A stretch of 64,000 nucleotides of DNA from a virus (IMGVR_UViG_3300017722_005389); one strand, 5' to 3'; positions 39,121 through 48,271 are shown, numbered from the stretch's first letter. Notes: generated by a model not told the origin, from the letters alone. Translations and numbers: made by a program.

Positions 39121-39318
39121 TCAGAAATTATTATCACTATCGCTTTTAAGGTCTATAAATGGTAAAGACATTTCTACTAATTTAGGTATTGTATTACCAC
39201 CATCAAAAACCACATTATATTTTCCATCGTCAGACATCATCTTAATAAAATTGTTCTTTTCTTCTTCTTTTATTTCATGATAGACACCACAAAAAATTGT
39301 TGGTTTGTTGTTTTCCAT
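39121..39318 (-). CDS. Hypothetical protein
   Basis: Packed ORF. Confidence 0.5.
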   Translation of the reverse strand: MENNKPTIFCGVYHEIKEEEKNNFIKMMSDDGKYNVVFDGGNTIPKLVEMSLPFIDLKSDSDNNF

Positions 39319-39325
39319 ATAAGAT

Positions 39326-39856
39326 TTATTTTAAAAAATTATCAAGAAAGCTATCAACACCATCCGAATCAATGAGTTTAAATATTAAACTTTTGAATTT
39401 TAAAATTTCTTGATTAAATCTATCTTCTTTAAATTTAACAAATCTATCTAATTCTAATAGTAAATCTTCTCTCCAACTTTGAGGTTTTAATGTGAAAAAC
39501 TCATAAGAAGAACAACCATCACACAGAAAAAAATGATTATTCATACACTCATCTTTTATACAAGAACTCGTTCCACCAATACTATTTTCGACACATAATG
39601 TAGAAAAATTAGTCCATCCATAATAATCATCCTCATCTTTTTTCCAAAAATTTATTGGAACATAATCCATTACATAAATTTCTGAGCCATAGAATCTTAT
39701 ACAAAATATTTTATCCCCATTATTTAAGTCTGATAATTTTGTTTTTTCTTTTGATTTTATAACCTCTTTTTTTAATTCATCAATATGCTTCAATTGTAAA
39801 TCAATTTCATCTCTCATTTTTAAGAGTTCTTCTTTTTTTAAGTTTTCAATTTTCAT
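39326..39856 (-). CDS. Hypothetical protein
   Basis: Packed ORF. Confidence 0.6.
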   Translation of the reverse strand: MKIENLKKEELLKMRDEIDLQLKHIDELKKEVIKSKEKTKLSDLNNGDKIFCIRFYGSEIYVMDYVPINFWKKDEDDYYGWTNFSTLCVENSIGGTSSCIKDECMNNHFFLCDGCSSYEFFTLKPQSWREDLLLELDRFVKFKEDRFNQEILKFKSLIFKLIDSDGVDSFLDNFLK

Positions 39857-39867
39857 ATTTTATTTTT

Positions 39868-40071
39868 TTATTTTATGCTTCGCTCTTTCACAATAAAGTG
39901 TACAGGACACCATTCACTTTTTCTTTCTGATTCTGTTGTTTGTTCTTTCCATAATTTATCTGCTTCTTGTTCTGCATCAATTTTATTATAAAATAATAAT
40001 CCAATTGAATGTTCTTGACTAAATCTTCCATTCAGACCAATGACTTGTACTATTTCAAATATTTTTTCCAT
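39868..40071 (-). CDS. Hypothetical protein
   Basis: Packed ORF. Confidence 0.55.
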   Translation of the reverse strand: MEKIFEIVQVIGLNGRFSQEHSIGLLFYNKIDAEQEADKLWKEQTTESERKSEWCPVHFIVKERSIK

Positions 40072-40074
40072 ATT

Positions 40075-40245
40075 TTATTTTTTAAGTTGATTAAAAAAAT
40101 TTAAAATCTTCTCTAATTGCTTATCATCATTTGGATAGAACTCACCTTTTTTAAATTGCTCACCCTTCTCATATCCATATTTATCAGCAATATAAGCAAT
40201 GGCTACTTTCATTTTATAATCTTCGATAGATATCACATTTTTCAT
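40075..40245 (-). CDS. Hypothetical 56-aa protein (not in track)
   Basis: MKNVISIEDYKMKVAIAYIADKYGYEKGE..., translated by hand. Confidence 0.5.
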   Translation of the reverse strand: MKNVISIEDYKMKVAIAYIADKYGYEKGEQFKKGEFYPNDDKQLEKILNFFNQLKK

Positions 40246-40336
40246 AATATTAACAAGGTTTTATTAATTTTGAAATAAAATAAGTTTCTTCGGAGAACTT
40301 GCGCAAACATTTGTGTTATAGGTAATAAAACAAAAA

Positions 40337-40522
40337 TTATTTGTTTTTCATTTGAGGATACCACTCATCCTTAAACGCAATATAATCTTGTAAAGTGTTC
40401 ATTTCATCAAGTTCAATCCTTGTAAATAAATCTTCAATTGCAAAATAAACAATTGTTGAATTATTAGGATTCATAGCATCTTGAATCAATCTCCACGATC
40501 TTAACACAAATTCTTTTTCCAT
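40337..40522 (-). CDS. Hypothetical protein flanked by attC-like half sites
   Basis: Start re-called to MEKEF (track 40567). Confidence 0.55.
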   Translation of the reverse strand: MEKEFVLRSWRLIQDAMNPNNSTIVYFAIEDLFTRIELDEMNTLQDYIAFKDEWYPQMKNK

Positions 40523-40582
40523 AGGTATAATTTTTGTTTTACATACATATACCCAACCGTTATACACAATGCTACCAAAGTG

Positions 40583-40966
40583 CTAATATTTGAGTTCAAA
40601 GTTTTTAAAATCAATATTTATAATTTCAATATTATTAGGTTCAATATTTGAAAAATATCTAAATTCTTTTGGTTCAACCCCATTAATACCATCTTTATAC
40701 CAACCTTCACTTGAATTTATTTCATTCAGTTCCACATTTACTTTTAAAACAACAGCTTTATTAGTTTTAACCCAACCGTTTGTAAGCATTGTCTTTGAAA
40801 TAAATTCAATATCATTGGTTAAAAATATTGGTTGCATCCCATAATTTGATTTATATCTTTTATGAGCATCTTTTCTACAAAATCCCGTTTTACCAGAATT
40901 TATTTTTAACCCTTCTGTTAGTATTGAGGTTAGATATTTTTCTTTTGTTATGTGGTATAATTCCAT
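40583..40966 (-). CDS. Small ART-fold protein (H-x-x-T..I...GL; Tpt1/DarT-like)
   Basis: LYHIT..Y..SIL.EGL, IFLT, VL.V, E..Y...I.P..I. Confidence 0.55.
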   Translation of the reverse strand: MELYHITKEKYLTSILTEGLKINSGKTGFCRKDAHKRYKSNYGMQPIFLTNDIEFISKTMLTNGWVKTNKAVVLKVNVELNEINSSEGWYKDGINGVEPKEFRYFSNIEPNNIEIINIDFKNFELKY

Positions 40967-41074
40967 TATTGTATTTTTAAAAAGTGATAAAATAAAGAAT
41001 ATGTATCCATTCCATTATAGGAACCATATGACTTCTATATTAGTTCCAAAAGATGCAAATATTTTTCCCCAAAT

Positions 41075-41106
41075 AAAAAAAAGCCACTTTCTTAAGAGGC
41101 TTTTTT
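41075..41106 (-). terminator. Intrinsic terminator
   Basis: AAAAAAGCC / GGCTTTTTT. Confidence 0.7.
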
Positions 41107-41122
41107 GATTTTATGTGAAATG

Positions 41123-42124
41123 TTAAAGAGGATTTCTTACTAATCTTTGTAAATTATCTTTAATACTTAGTATTATATTTCGTATGGTACTAAGTTGCCC
41201 TTTAACCTGTTCAATTCCCATACTTTCATCAAGTTTATTAACATATCTATTTAAATCCATAATAAGTCTATCAAAATAATTATCAACTGCAGTAATTTTA
41301 AAACTATTTTCAAAAATATTCCTTTTTGATTTTTTATTTCGTGATAAATAACTTTCTGATAAAGGAAGATTTAAAATAGAAGCAATTGAATCTTCAATAG
41401 GAGCTAATATTTGATCAACTGAATTAGAAAACATTTTTTCTGTAATATTGTCATCAATATATTTGTACTTTAAAGTTTCAAAACTTCTATTGAATTGTCT
41501 TACATTATCTTTCATTTGTTGCAATTTAGCCCCTAATTCATTATTTTGTGATTTAGGCGTATTTTGCTGCTGAGGAACGTTATTTTGCTGCTGAGGAACG
41601 TTATTTTGCTGCTGAGGAGTATTATTTTGCTGCTGAGGATATAATGGTTCAACTATTGGTATTAAATCTAGCATTCGATCTATAGACATTTTAAAAGGCA
41701 AAAGTCCATATTGAAATTTTCTGATAAAGTTATCTAATTCATCATTATCCGAAATTTCATAAATTTTCTTTAAAACTGAAAAAACTTCCAATGTTGCTTC
41801 AAGGATTTTAGGAAGCCTAATTTTCAATATTGAAAGAGTATCTAAAGGAGAAGCTGAATTTGGTAATTCAACCTTAAACATGTTATAAACTGCACTAGAT
41901 AATGTACTGTATTTTTCAAAATAATTTTCGACTAAATTTGAAACCTTAGAAGTATCAGTATTATTTAAAAATCTCTTAAATTCAGTTTGAATTTCTATAG
42001 CGTTGTTATAGTTTCCTATGAGTACTTTAAATTCATTACGCATCTCTTCTTTTGGATCCCTTTCAACTTCCTCTTTAATAACTCTTCTTACTAATTTTTT
42101 TAATTCATTCAACTTGATTTTCAT
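41123..42124 (-). CDS. Leader-bearing helical protein with PQQQNN repeats
   Basis: MKIKLNELKKLVRRVIKEE; motif at 42154-42161. Confidence 0.7.
   Translation of the reverse strand: MKIKLNELKKLVRRVIKEEVERDPKEEMRNEFKVLIGNYNNAIEIQTEFKRFLNNTDTSKVSNLVENYFEKYSTLSSAVYNMFKVELPNSASPLDTLSILKIRLPKILEATLEVFSVLKKIYEISDNDELDNFIRKFQYGLLPFKMSIDRMLDLIPIVEPLYPQQQNNTPQQQNNVPQQQNNVPQQQNTPKSQNNELGAKLQQMKDNVRQFNRSFETLKYKYIDDNITEKMFSNSVDQILAPIEDSIASILNLPLSESYLSRNKKSKRNIFENSFKITAVDNYFDRLIMDLNRYVNKLDESMGIEQVKGQLSTIRNIILSIKDNLQRLVRNPL
41560..41639. repeat. 21-bp in-frame tandem repeat x4
   Basis: TATTTTGCTGCTGAGGA at 41560, 41581, 41602, 41623. Confidence 0.9.
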
Positions 42125-42225
42125 ATAACATTTTTTTTAGATTTATATTTTATTATAAATATATCACTTTGCCTAAAGTATAATCATATTTATTTTTATT
42201 TGAATCCAAATATGTTCCAGTTAAA

Positions 42226-43236
42226 TCAATCTCGTTCAGTTAATTTTATTTTATCTATAATATATTGTATTAACCGAATGGTTTCAGATGAAACATATTG
42301 ATAGTTACCAAAATTTTTATTATTAGAAGCATATTCATTTAAATCATCCTCCATTCCTTGCAAACGTTCTAAATATTTCTGTGAATACCCTTTAAGTAAA
42401 TGTATCCAATTATCATTACTTTTTAAAAAATTTGTTAACTCTTTTAAACCACTAACTATTTCATTTTTTTCCTCATTATCAATATCTTCTTCATAATCCA
42501 TTTCCAATATACTTACAGCATTTTGCAATTTAATCATTTTTTCTGAAAAATCTTTAATGCCATTAGTTTTTTCTTGTATTTTTTTATCTATATCTGGATA
42601 ATCTTCCAATAAATCATCGTCAAATTTTATTTTTGGATTTTTGTTTGAAAAATCTCTTGTAACAATATCTAGAATAATTCTTATTATCTTATTTTCATCA
42701 AATTTATTTCTTGTAATTGATACAATCATTGGATCAAAATAACCCTCAAAATAAATTGAATAAAATTCATTGTCATTTGCAATCTTTTCCCAAATATTTC
42801 GAGCTTGAGGTGTTGCTGATGGTGTTGAACTTGCCCACCCCAAAAATTTAATAAAACTCTTATAAATTAAATAACCCAAACCATATCCCCTCAACTCTTC
42901 AGGTATTCCATCTGAAAAATGAATCCTATTTTTTGGTAATCTTTCAGATGTAATAATAATATTACTTAATATTTTATTTTTATCTTTAATGTTTTTAAAA
43001 TGAGTATTAATAAATTCATCCGAAAAAATTACATGATAATCATCATAGATATAATCAGCTGTTATCTTTTCAAAAGATATTCCATCAATACCTGAAATTT
43101 TATGCCCCCTCTTTTCATAATTTGGTTTCATTGTATAATCTAAATAGGTATCGGTTAAATCAAGTCCCTCCTCAAATTCTACTGATAACTCTTGAACAAT
43201 TCTATTATATTGACTCTCAGTAATTATAATTTTCAT
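42226..43236 (-). CDS. Leader-bearing GNAT-like protein
   Basis: MKIIITESQYNRIVQE; LRGYGLGYLIY, S...A..IW.K; motif at 43250. Confidence 0.6.
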   Translation of the reverse strand: MKIIITESQYNRIVQELSVEFEEGLDLTDTYLDYTMKPNYEKRGHKISGIDGISFEKITADYIYDDYHVIFSDEFINTHFKNIKDKNKILSNIIITSERLPKNRIHFSDGIPEELRGYGLGYLIYKSFIKFLGWASSTPSATPQARNIWEKIANDNEFYSIYFEGYFDPMIVSITRNKFDENKIIRIILDIVTRDFSNKNPKIKFDDDLLEDYPDIDKKIQEKTNGIKDFSEKMIKLQNAVSILEMDYEEDIDNEEKNEIVSGLKELTNFLKSNDNWIHLLKGYSQKYLERLQGMEDDLNEYASNNKNFGNYQYVSSETIRLIQYIIDKIKLTERD

Positions 43237-43733
43237 AAATTAATTTTATTATAAATATATTATCCGCTCTAAAGCATAATAGAAAATTTTTATAGTCTTT
43301 TGATATATTTTTGATTCCTTTTGAAACATTTTTTATACTCTTTTGATATTTATTATACTTTCTAAAGAAATTATATACCTATTCTAAAATTCAGGAAGCA
43401 AAAAATTTTACAACTTTTTTTTTAATAGGGGTTTCAAAAACGCCCTTTTGATAAAAAAAAATACTTTTTTTGAAAATTCACAATTTCTTAAGAAATAATA
43501 TTTTGTTTTTTGAGGGTTTTACAAAACTTTCTTTTGTGGGTTTTTAAACTTTCTTTTGAAGGGGGTAGCTAAACTCCCTCCCCAGCTGGATTTGGACACT
43601 CTAAAGAAAATAAAAAACCCTCCAAAGAAGTATAAAAACTTTCTATTGGAGGATTAAAAAAAAATATTGTCCCAAATCAACTTTCAAAGGAAATGTCCCA
43701 CCTATTTCCAATGGACAACATAAAAAACTTTCT

Positions 43734-43955
43734 TTAGAAAATTATCATAGCTTTCTCTTGAAGTACTCTTTCGCTCATTGTTGCGAATTGAAGTGTCCCT
43801 TTTTCAAGAGCTGAGGCTTCATTAGGAGATAAGAGTTTCATCAGTTCAGGCTTCTGAATTCGGAATCTTTTGTATTTCTGACGTTTTTCGTTAATTTCGT
43901 AGAGATCAAACAGGTGGTTGTTCGAATAATTGACAATTTCGTATAATCTGTTCAT
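43734..43955 (-). CDS. Hypothetical protein
   Basis: Start re-called to MNRLYEI. Confidence 0.5.
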   Translation of the reverse strand: MNRLYEIVNYSNNHLFDLYEINEKRQKYKRFRIQKPELMKLLSPNEASALEKGTLQFATMSERVLQEKAMIIF

Positions 43956-44217
43956 AAAATTTTCTTTATTAATATACAATTTTCCAAAGAAAAATAAAAA
44001 ATTCCCAGAGAAATCATAAAAAATTTCTTTGGGAAGCAAAAAATGTCCTAATGTGTATACGAAATTTATATCATATCTCCAATATACGAAGATTCAAACG
44101 TCCCAGTCCAGGTTCAAAAGAACGTATATTCAATTTTCTTTTGAAAAAGATCAGGTTTCTCATGAAAATGTGAGTGTCCAAGGTCAAATTTCGGCTGTCC
44201 AGGGACCAGAAATGACC

Positions 44218-44366
44218 AAAAAGTGTCAAAAAACACGGTGTTTTACCAAAAAATACAACAAAAACGTTCAATTGGATGACCATAAATTGCATAAGTGATT
44301 GATTTCCAATGAAATATTAAATTTCAAAGGAAAAAAGTGTCAAAAAACACGGTGTTTTACCAAAAA
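44218..44366. repeat. 35-bp direct repeat containing a 15-bp palindrome
   Basis: AAAAAGTGTCAAAAAACACGGTGTTTTACCAAAAA at 44218-44252 and 44332-44366; core AAAACAC-G-GTGTTTT. Confidence 0.85.
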
Positions 44367-44407
44367 TGTTCAAATGAATCAGCCCTGAAACGTTCAAAAG
44401 AACGATC

Positions 44408-44605
44408 TCAGGGCTGAGGGAATTTAAAATTTTTCAAAAGGAAGTCTACTAAGCTTTCTTTTGAATAAAATGTTTGTTTAATTTTCTTAAAATGGACTGT
44501 AGCGAAGTCTACATTCTTCCAAACGACAATTTTTGTGGTACCTCTTTTGAAGGTATACGGATTTTTATCTGGTTTGAAACCCCAGGCTAGCAAAGTTTGC
44601 TTCAT
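44408..44605 (-). CDS. Hypothetical protein
   Basis: Start re-called to MKQTLLAW. Confidence 0.45.
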   Translation of the reverse strand: MKQTLLAWGFKPDKNPYTFKRGTTKIVVWKNVDFATVHFKKIKQTFYSKESLVDFLLKNFKFPQP

Positions 44606-44956
44606 AAGATATACTAAAAATTTTCTAAAGGAGGTAATGTATATGTTCAATAGTAGCAATATACGTAAAGTACTGAACTTTGGCACTGATTGCGACCTGA
44701 GCCTTCACTCAGGGTACAGCAAAGGTGGGAAGCATTTTTGAGAAAACCAAATTTTTTTGGAACTTTAACAAAAAATATTTTTGGTATTAGAATATGTTCA
44801 ATATACGAAAATTTCGATTTAGTGTTGGGTTGGATTACAAACCCCCAACTTTACAGTTTAGCCTCCGATAGTATCAAAGGTACGACTTTCTTCTGACATT
44901 TCATAATTTTTCTTAAGAAAATTTCAGTTTCTTTATATTTATTTTAAAAGCAGGCA

Positions 44957-45793
44957 ATGAAAATAATTATAACTGAATCTCAACATAAATTTTTGATAAG
45001 CGAAAATTATGATCTAACCCCAGAAGAGATGGACCAGGTTAGGGAATTAGCTAGAAAAAGAGCTGTTCAAACATTAGAAAATTTGAAGAAAAATGTAGGT
45101 GAATTAACTCAAAGGATAGAGAGAATGGAAAATATTGATTATTCAAAAATACCTCCAGATGTTGCTGAAACACTTAAAGAAACCATGGATACTCTTTATA
45201 AGGAAACATCAAGAGATTTAAAATATAATAAAAAACAACTGGAGGAATTTGATCTGGAAGATTCTATTGAAAAACTTGTTAAATGGGATTTAAGTTCTGC
45301 AAACGGTATAAGTCATGAGTTCAGATATCAAAAATATAAGAAGGAGGCATTGAATCGTAAATTAACAAAAGAAGATATAATCAATTTATTTGTCACAGCT
45401 CTCGAAGGTGGATCCAATTATTGGTATTACGTAGGAAATTCTGATAAGATTAATAATACAGGCGAACCATCATCTGAAGAAATTGGTAAGTTTATATTGA
45501 ATGGTGGTGAAGTAATATTTTATGATAAAGAGCTCGTGGAAGAAATTTTGGGGAAAATGGATGATTCTTATTATCATATTCAAGGTGATATTGTGGATGA
45601 AAAATTATTCGCTGAAGATAAAGAGAAAGCATTATTGGGGCGTGTCGATATGGATTCAATTTTGAAAGGGATCAGTATTACTAAAGAAGATTACCCTGAA
45701 GTTTGGGAAAATATATTATTGGAACAATATGATGCAAATGATGCTGACGTCTTTCTGCAGTTGTGTGTGATGGGTGAAGTTGTATTTGGTTAA
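44957..45793 (+). CDS. Leader-bearing protein with conserved ALEGGSNYW..DA.DADV.LQ domain
   Basis: MKIIITESQHKFLISE. Confidence 0.7.
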   Translation: MKIIITESQHKFLISENYDLTPEEMDQVRELARKRAVQTLENLKKNVGELTQRIERMENIDYSKIPPDVAETLKETMDTLYKETSRDLKYNKKQLEEFDLEDSIEKLVKWDLSSANGISHEFRYQKYKKEALNRKLTKEDIINLFVTALEGGSNYWYYVGNSDKINNTGEPSSEEIGKFILNGGEVIFYDKELVEEILGKMDDSYYHIQGDIVDEKLFAEDKEKALLGRVDMDSILKGISITKEDYPEVWENILLEQYDANDADVFLQLCVMGEVVFG

Positions 45794-45811
45794 AAAATTT
45801 CTAAAGAAAAA

Positions 45812-45837
45812 AAAACGCTTCCTTTTGGAAGCGTTTT
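45812..45837. terminator. Bidirectional terminator
   Basis: AAAACGCTTCC / GGAAGCGTTTT. Confidence 0.85.
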
Positions 45838-45869
45838 GGTTTTTATGAAGAGTGGTTTTTGGCAGCTGT

Positions 45870-46190
45870 TTAAAATCTAAATCTAAATATCCCACTATTA
45901 AAAAGCTTTTTAACCTGTGGATTATATTTATTTGCTGGAGCATTTTTATATTGTGAAAAATCATCTTTGGTTAATTTTCTTCCCATTCGTTTTTCTAAAC
46001 AGTTCATACAAAGAGTATTTGATTCATTACCATATTCACTCCAGATGTCATCATTTACCATATACATATCGTAATCATAAGTACCACAATCCTTACAAGT
46101 GAATCTTTCAATCTCCTCTTGAGGTATATCGGTTTCTTCTTTGATAATTGCTTTTACAATTTGTCTGAGTTCGCTTAATTTGATTTTCAT
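45870..46190 (-). CDS. Leader-bearing Zn-binding protein
   Basis: MKIKLSELRQIVKAIIKEE; CKDC..YMV...W..LC..CLE.R.GR.L...DF. Confidence 0.7.
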   Translation of the reverse strand: MKIKLSELRQIVKAIIKEETDIPQEEIERFTCKDCGTYDYDMYMVNDDIWSEYGNESNTLCMNCLEKRMGRKLTKDDFSQYKNAPANKYNPQVKKLFNSGIFRFRF

Positions 46191-46200
46191 AAAGATTTTT

Positions 46201-46914
46201 TTATCTTATTTCTTGGTGTTTGTATAGAGTGAGAGCAAGTTCCCAGTTGTTTTCTGCTATATCTATTAGTTTATCAATTGTTTCTTTGTCTTTTTTCACA
46301 CGTCTTAATTTTTTAAAGTAATAAGCCATCATTTCGCCTGGATCCGCTACAATAGTCAAATTACGTTCTCTTGCTTCTTTAAATTCAAATGCAGATTTTA
46401 TTACGTAATCAGAAAAAAAGTAATTTTTTACGCTTAATTTAACTTCCCCTGTTGTAAAGAAATATTTAGCTTCATTAGCAGTTAATTTATAGTAGGTTTC
46501 ATCAGAATTTTCAGATTTTATCAAATTATCTTCAAAAGTCCTAAGAATTTTATCATATGATAGTAGATCCCCACTAGGATTGAAAATACTATCAGTTGAG
46601 CGTTTAAATCCATTACTACCAACTTTTTCAGAATATATTTTTTCATATTCTTCTTTAGTTTTTATCTCATTTAATTCATCCCAAGAAATATTATTTAAAG
46701 GCATACCAAAATAAAAACCCCATTTTATTTCAACGCCATTTTTATTTACAAATACACCTATACCATCAGGTTTTCCTTTTTCAATATTTCCTGTAAATTT
46801 TCCTCCTTCATAAGGGAAATCTTTAAAAAAAAACTCATTCAATATTTTTTTGTTTTGTTCTTCTTTGATAATTGCTTTTACAATTTGTCTGAGTTCGCTT
46901 AATTTGATTTTCAT
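46201..46914 (-). CDS. Leader-bearing protein with a MORN-like unit
   Basis: Same leader; Y.G.F.G....GK.DG.G.F; motif at 46925. Confidence 0.65.
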   Translation of the reverse strand: MKIKLSELRQIVKAIIKEEQNKKILNEFFFKDFPYEGGKFTGNIEKGKPDGIGVFVNKNGVEIKWGFYFGMPLNNISWDELNEIKTKEEYEKIYSEKVGSNGFKRSTDSIFNPSGDLLSYDKILRTFEDNLIKSENSDETYYKLTANEAKYFFTTGEVKLSVKNYFFSDYVIKSAFEFKEARERNLTIVADPGEMMAYYFKKLRRVKKDKETIDKLIDIAENNWELALTLYKHQEIR

Positions 46915-47033
46915 GAAATTTTATTATAAATATTCTCTAAAGAAAGTTTTAAAATTTCTTCAGAAAAATTTGGAAATGCCAAAAGAAAGTGAGACTTTTG
47001 TTCCCATTAAATCACTGTTAAAACATTTGACTT

Positions 47034-47291
47034 ATGAAATCTGAGATTATTGAAAATCTTTCTAAAGAAATCAGAGTACTTTCTTCTGATGAAGTTGAGG
47101 CTGAAAAAGCTGTTTTTATGTTAGAGCGCAGCATCATGGTTTTTAATATGGACTCCAATAAGGATGCTTTGGTTGAGTATGTTAAACGCCAGCTTGATAC
47201 ACACAGAAAAGGTGCAACCTGGTATGCAGAACATTATGTATTAGCTGGTGAATCATTTTTAAAATACGTTTCTCATGGCGAAAATATATAG
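47034..47291 (+). CDS. Hypothetical protein
   Basis: Behind TTTG..GACTTTTG promoter-like sequence. Confidence 0.6.
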   Translation: MKSEIIENLSKEIRVLSSDEVEAEKAVFMLERSIMVFNMDSNKDALVEYVKRQLDTHRKGATWYAEHYVLAGESFLKYVSHGENI

Positions 47292-47646
47292 GGCATATTA
47301 TTACAGTGGCTGCAAAGATTGGAAAAAGCCTGAATGGAATCACCTGATGTACAGAGAAACCTTTCCAACTTTCAAGCAGGCAAAAAATGATGTCGATCGG
47401 ATCCTGATGTATGAAGGAAGAAAAGATATTGTTTCTGAAGAAATCGATGAGAAGAATGGAACTTATGAAATTCGCTATATCTGTGATGATGCCAGGAAGT
47501 TTCAGCATTACAAGAAAATCGAGATCCGTTGTGAAGAGGGTGTTGCTCCAAAGGCACCTAAAGCTTCTGAAGAAGTGAAAGTTGAGAAGCCAGAATCTAA
47601 ACCTCAAAAGAAAACTGAAACTTCCAAAGGGAAAAAAAAGAATTGA
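47275..47646 (+). CDS. Hypothetical protein with K/E/P-rich tail
   Basis: Overlaps upstream ORF. Confidence 0.6.
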   Translation: MAKIYRAYYYSGCKDWKKPEWNHLMYRETFPTFKQAKNDVDRILMYEGRKDIVSEEIDEKNGTYEIRYICDDARKFQHYKKIEIRCEEGVAPKAPKASEEVKVEKPESKPQKKTETSKGKKKN

Positions 47647-47702
47647 AATATATCTAAAACTTTTTAATTAATTTTATTTTTAACTTTTTAAATTTTTAAC
47701 TT

Positions 47703-47957
47703 ATGAAAACGTATAGCTTAAAGTTTTCTGTCACAGAAACACACACTCTTGAACTTAAAAAAAAACCTACAAAAAAACAACTCGATACACTTAGAAAGAT
47801 GAGTACTGGAGAAATGTTAGCAGATAGTGTACGTGCTGAATTATCTGATCTGATATATTTAGAACTTGAGCATAGTGTAGAAGATGTTACCCCTGAAAAA
47901 TATCATTGGTTTGAACTTTGTGAAGGTGATGAAAAAACTTTAACTTATAAAGGATAA
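47703..47957 (+). CDS. Hypothetical protein
   Basis: Packed ORF. Confidence 0.6.
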   Translation: MKTYSLKFSVTETHTLELKKKPTKKQLDTLRKMSTGEMLADSVRAELSDLIYLELEHSVEDVTPEKYHWFELCEGDEKTLTYKG

Positions 47958-47963
47958 AACAAA

Positions 47964-48060
47964 AGTCCTGTGGCGGAATTGGTAGACGCACCGAAAGGTA
48001 GGAACGGTATGGAACCCGATTAAATAATCCTAATTACAGGTTCAAATCCTGTCAGGACCA
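47964..48060 (+). tRNA. tRNA-like RNA, class II (Leu-like D/T arms), non-canonical anticodon arm
   Basis: GTCCTG/CAGGAC acceptor, TGGCGGAATTGGTAGACGC D-arm, ACAGG-TTCAAAT-CCTGT T-arm; ACCG/CGGT stem with 11-nt loop; ends ACAA not ACCA. Confidence 0.65.
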
Positions 48061-48073
48061 CAAATTAATAAAT

Positions 48074-48271
48074 ATGAAAAATAAGATATTAACATTAATT
48101 TTCTTTTCATTAGGAGTTTTATGTTTTTATATTTTTGCATGTCAAATTGAATATGATAATTATTTCATTACAAGTTTATGGCTGCATATTTCTCAATTTT
48201 TCTTTTTTGGAGCCATATATTATTTTCATTTAACCTTTAAAGAAAATAAAAATCATGATAAAGAAAAATAA
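48074..48271 (+). CDS. Small 2-TM membrane protein
   Basis: Two hydrophobic stretches. Confidence 0.5.
   Translation: MKNKILTLIFFSLGVLCFYIFACQIEYDNYFITSLWLHISQFFFFGAIYYFHLTFKENKNHDKEK

Noticed and set aside
44029-44896. Track ORFs 44029-44298, 44071-44292, 44535-44741, 44690-44896
   Set aside because: Overlap each other on both strands across repeats and promoter-like DNA; no protein-like features.
47964-48060. Suppressor tRNA explaining the thyA TGA
   Set aside because: No TCA anticodon in either tRNA-like RNA; the loops contain GTAGG.
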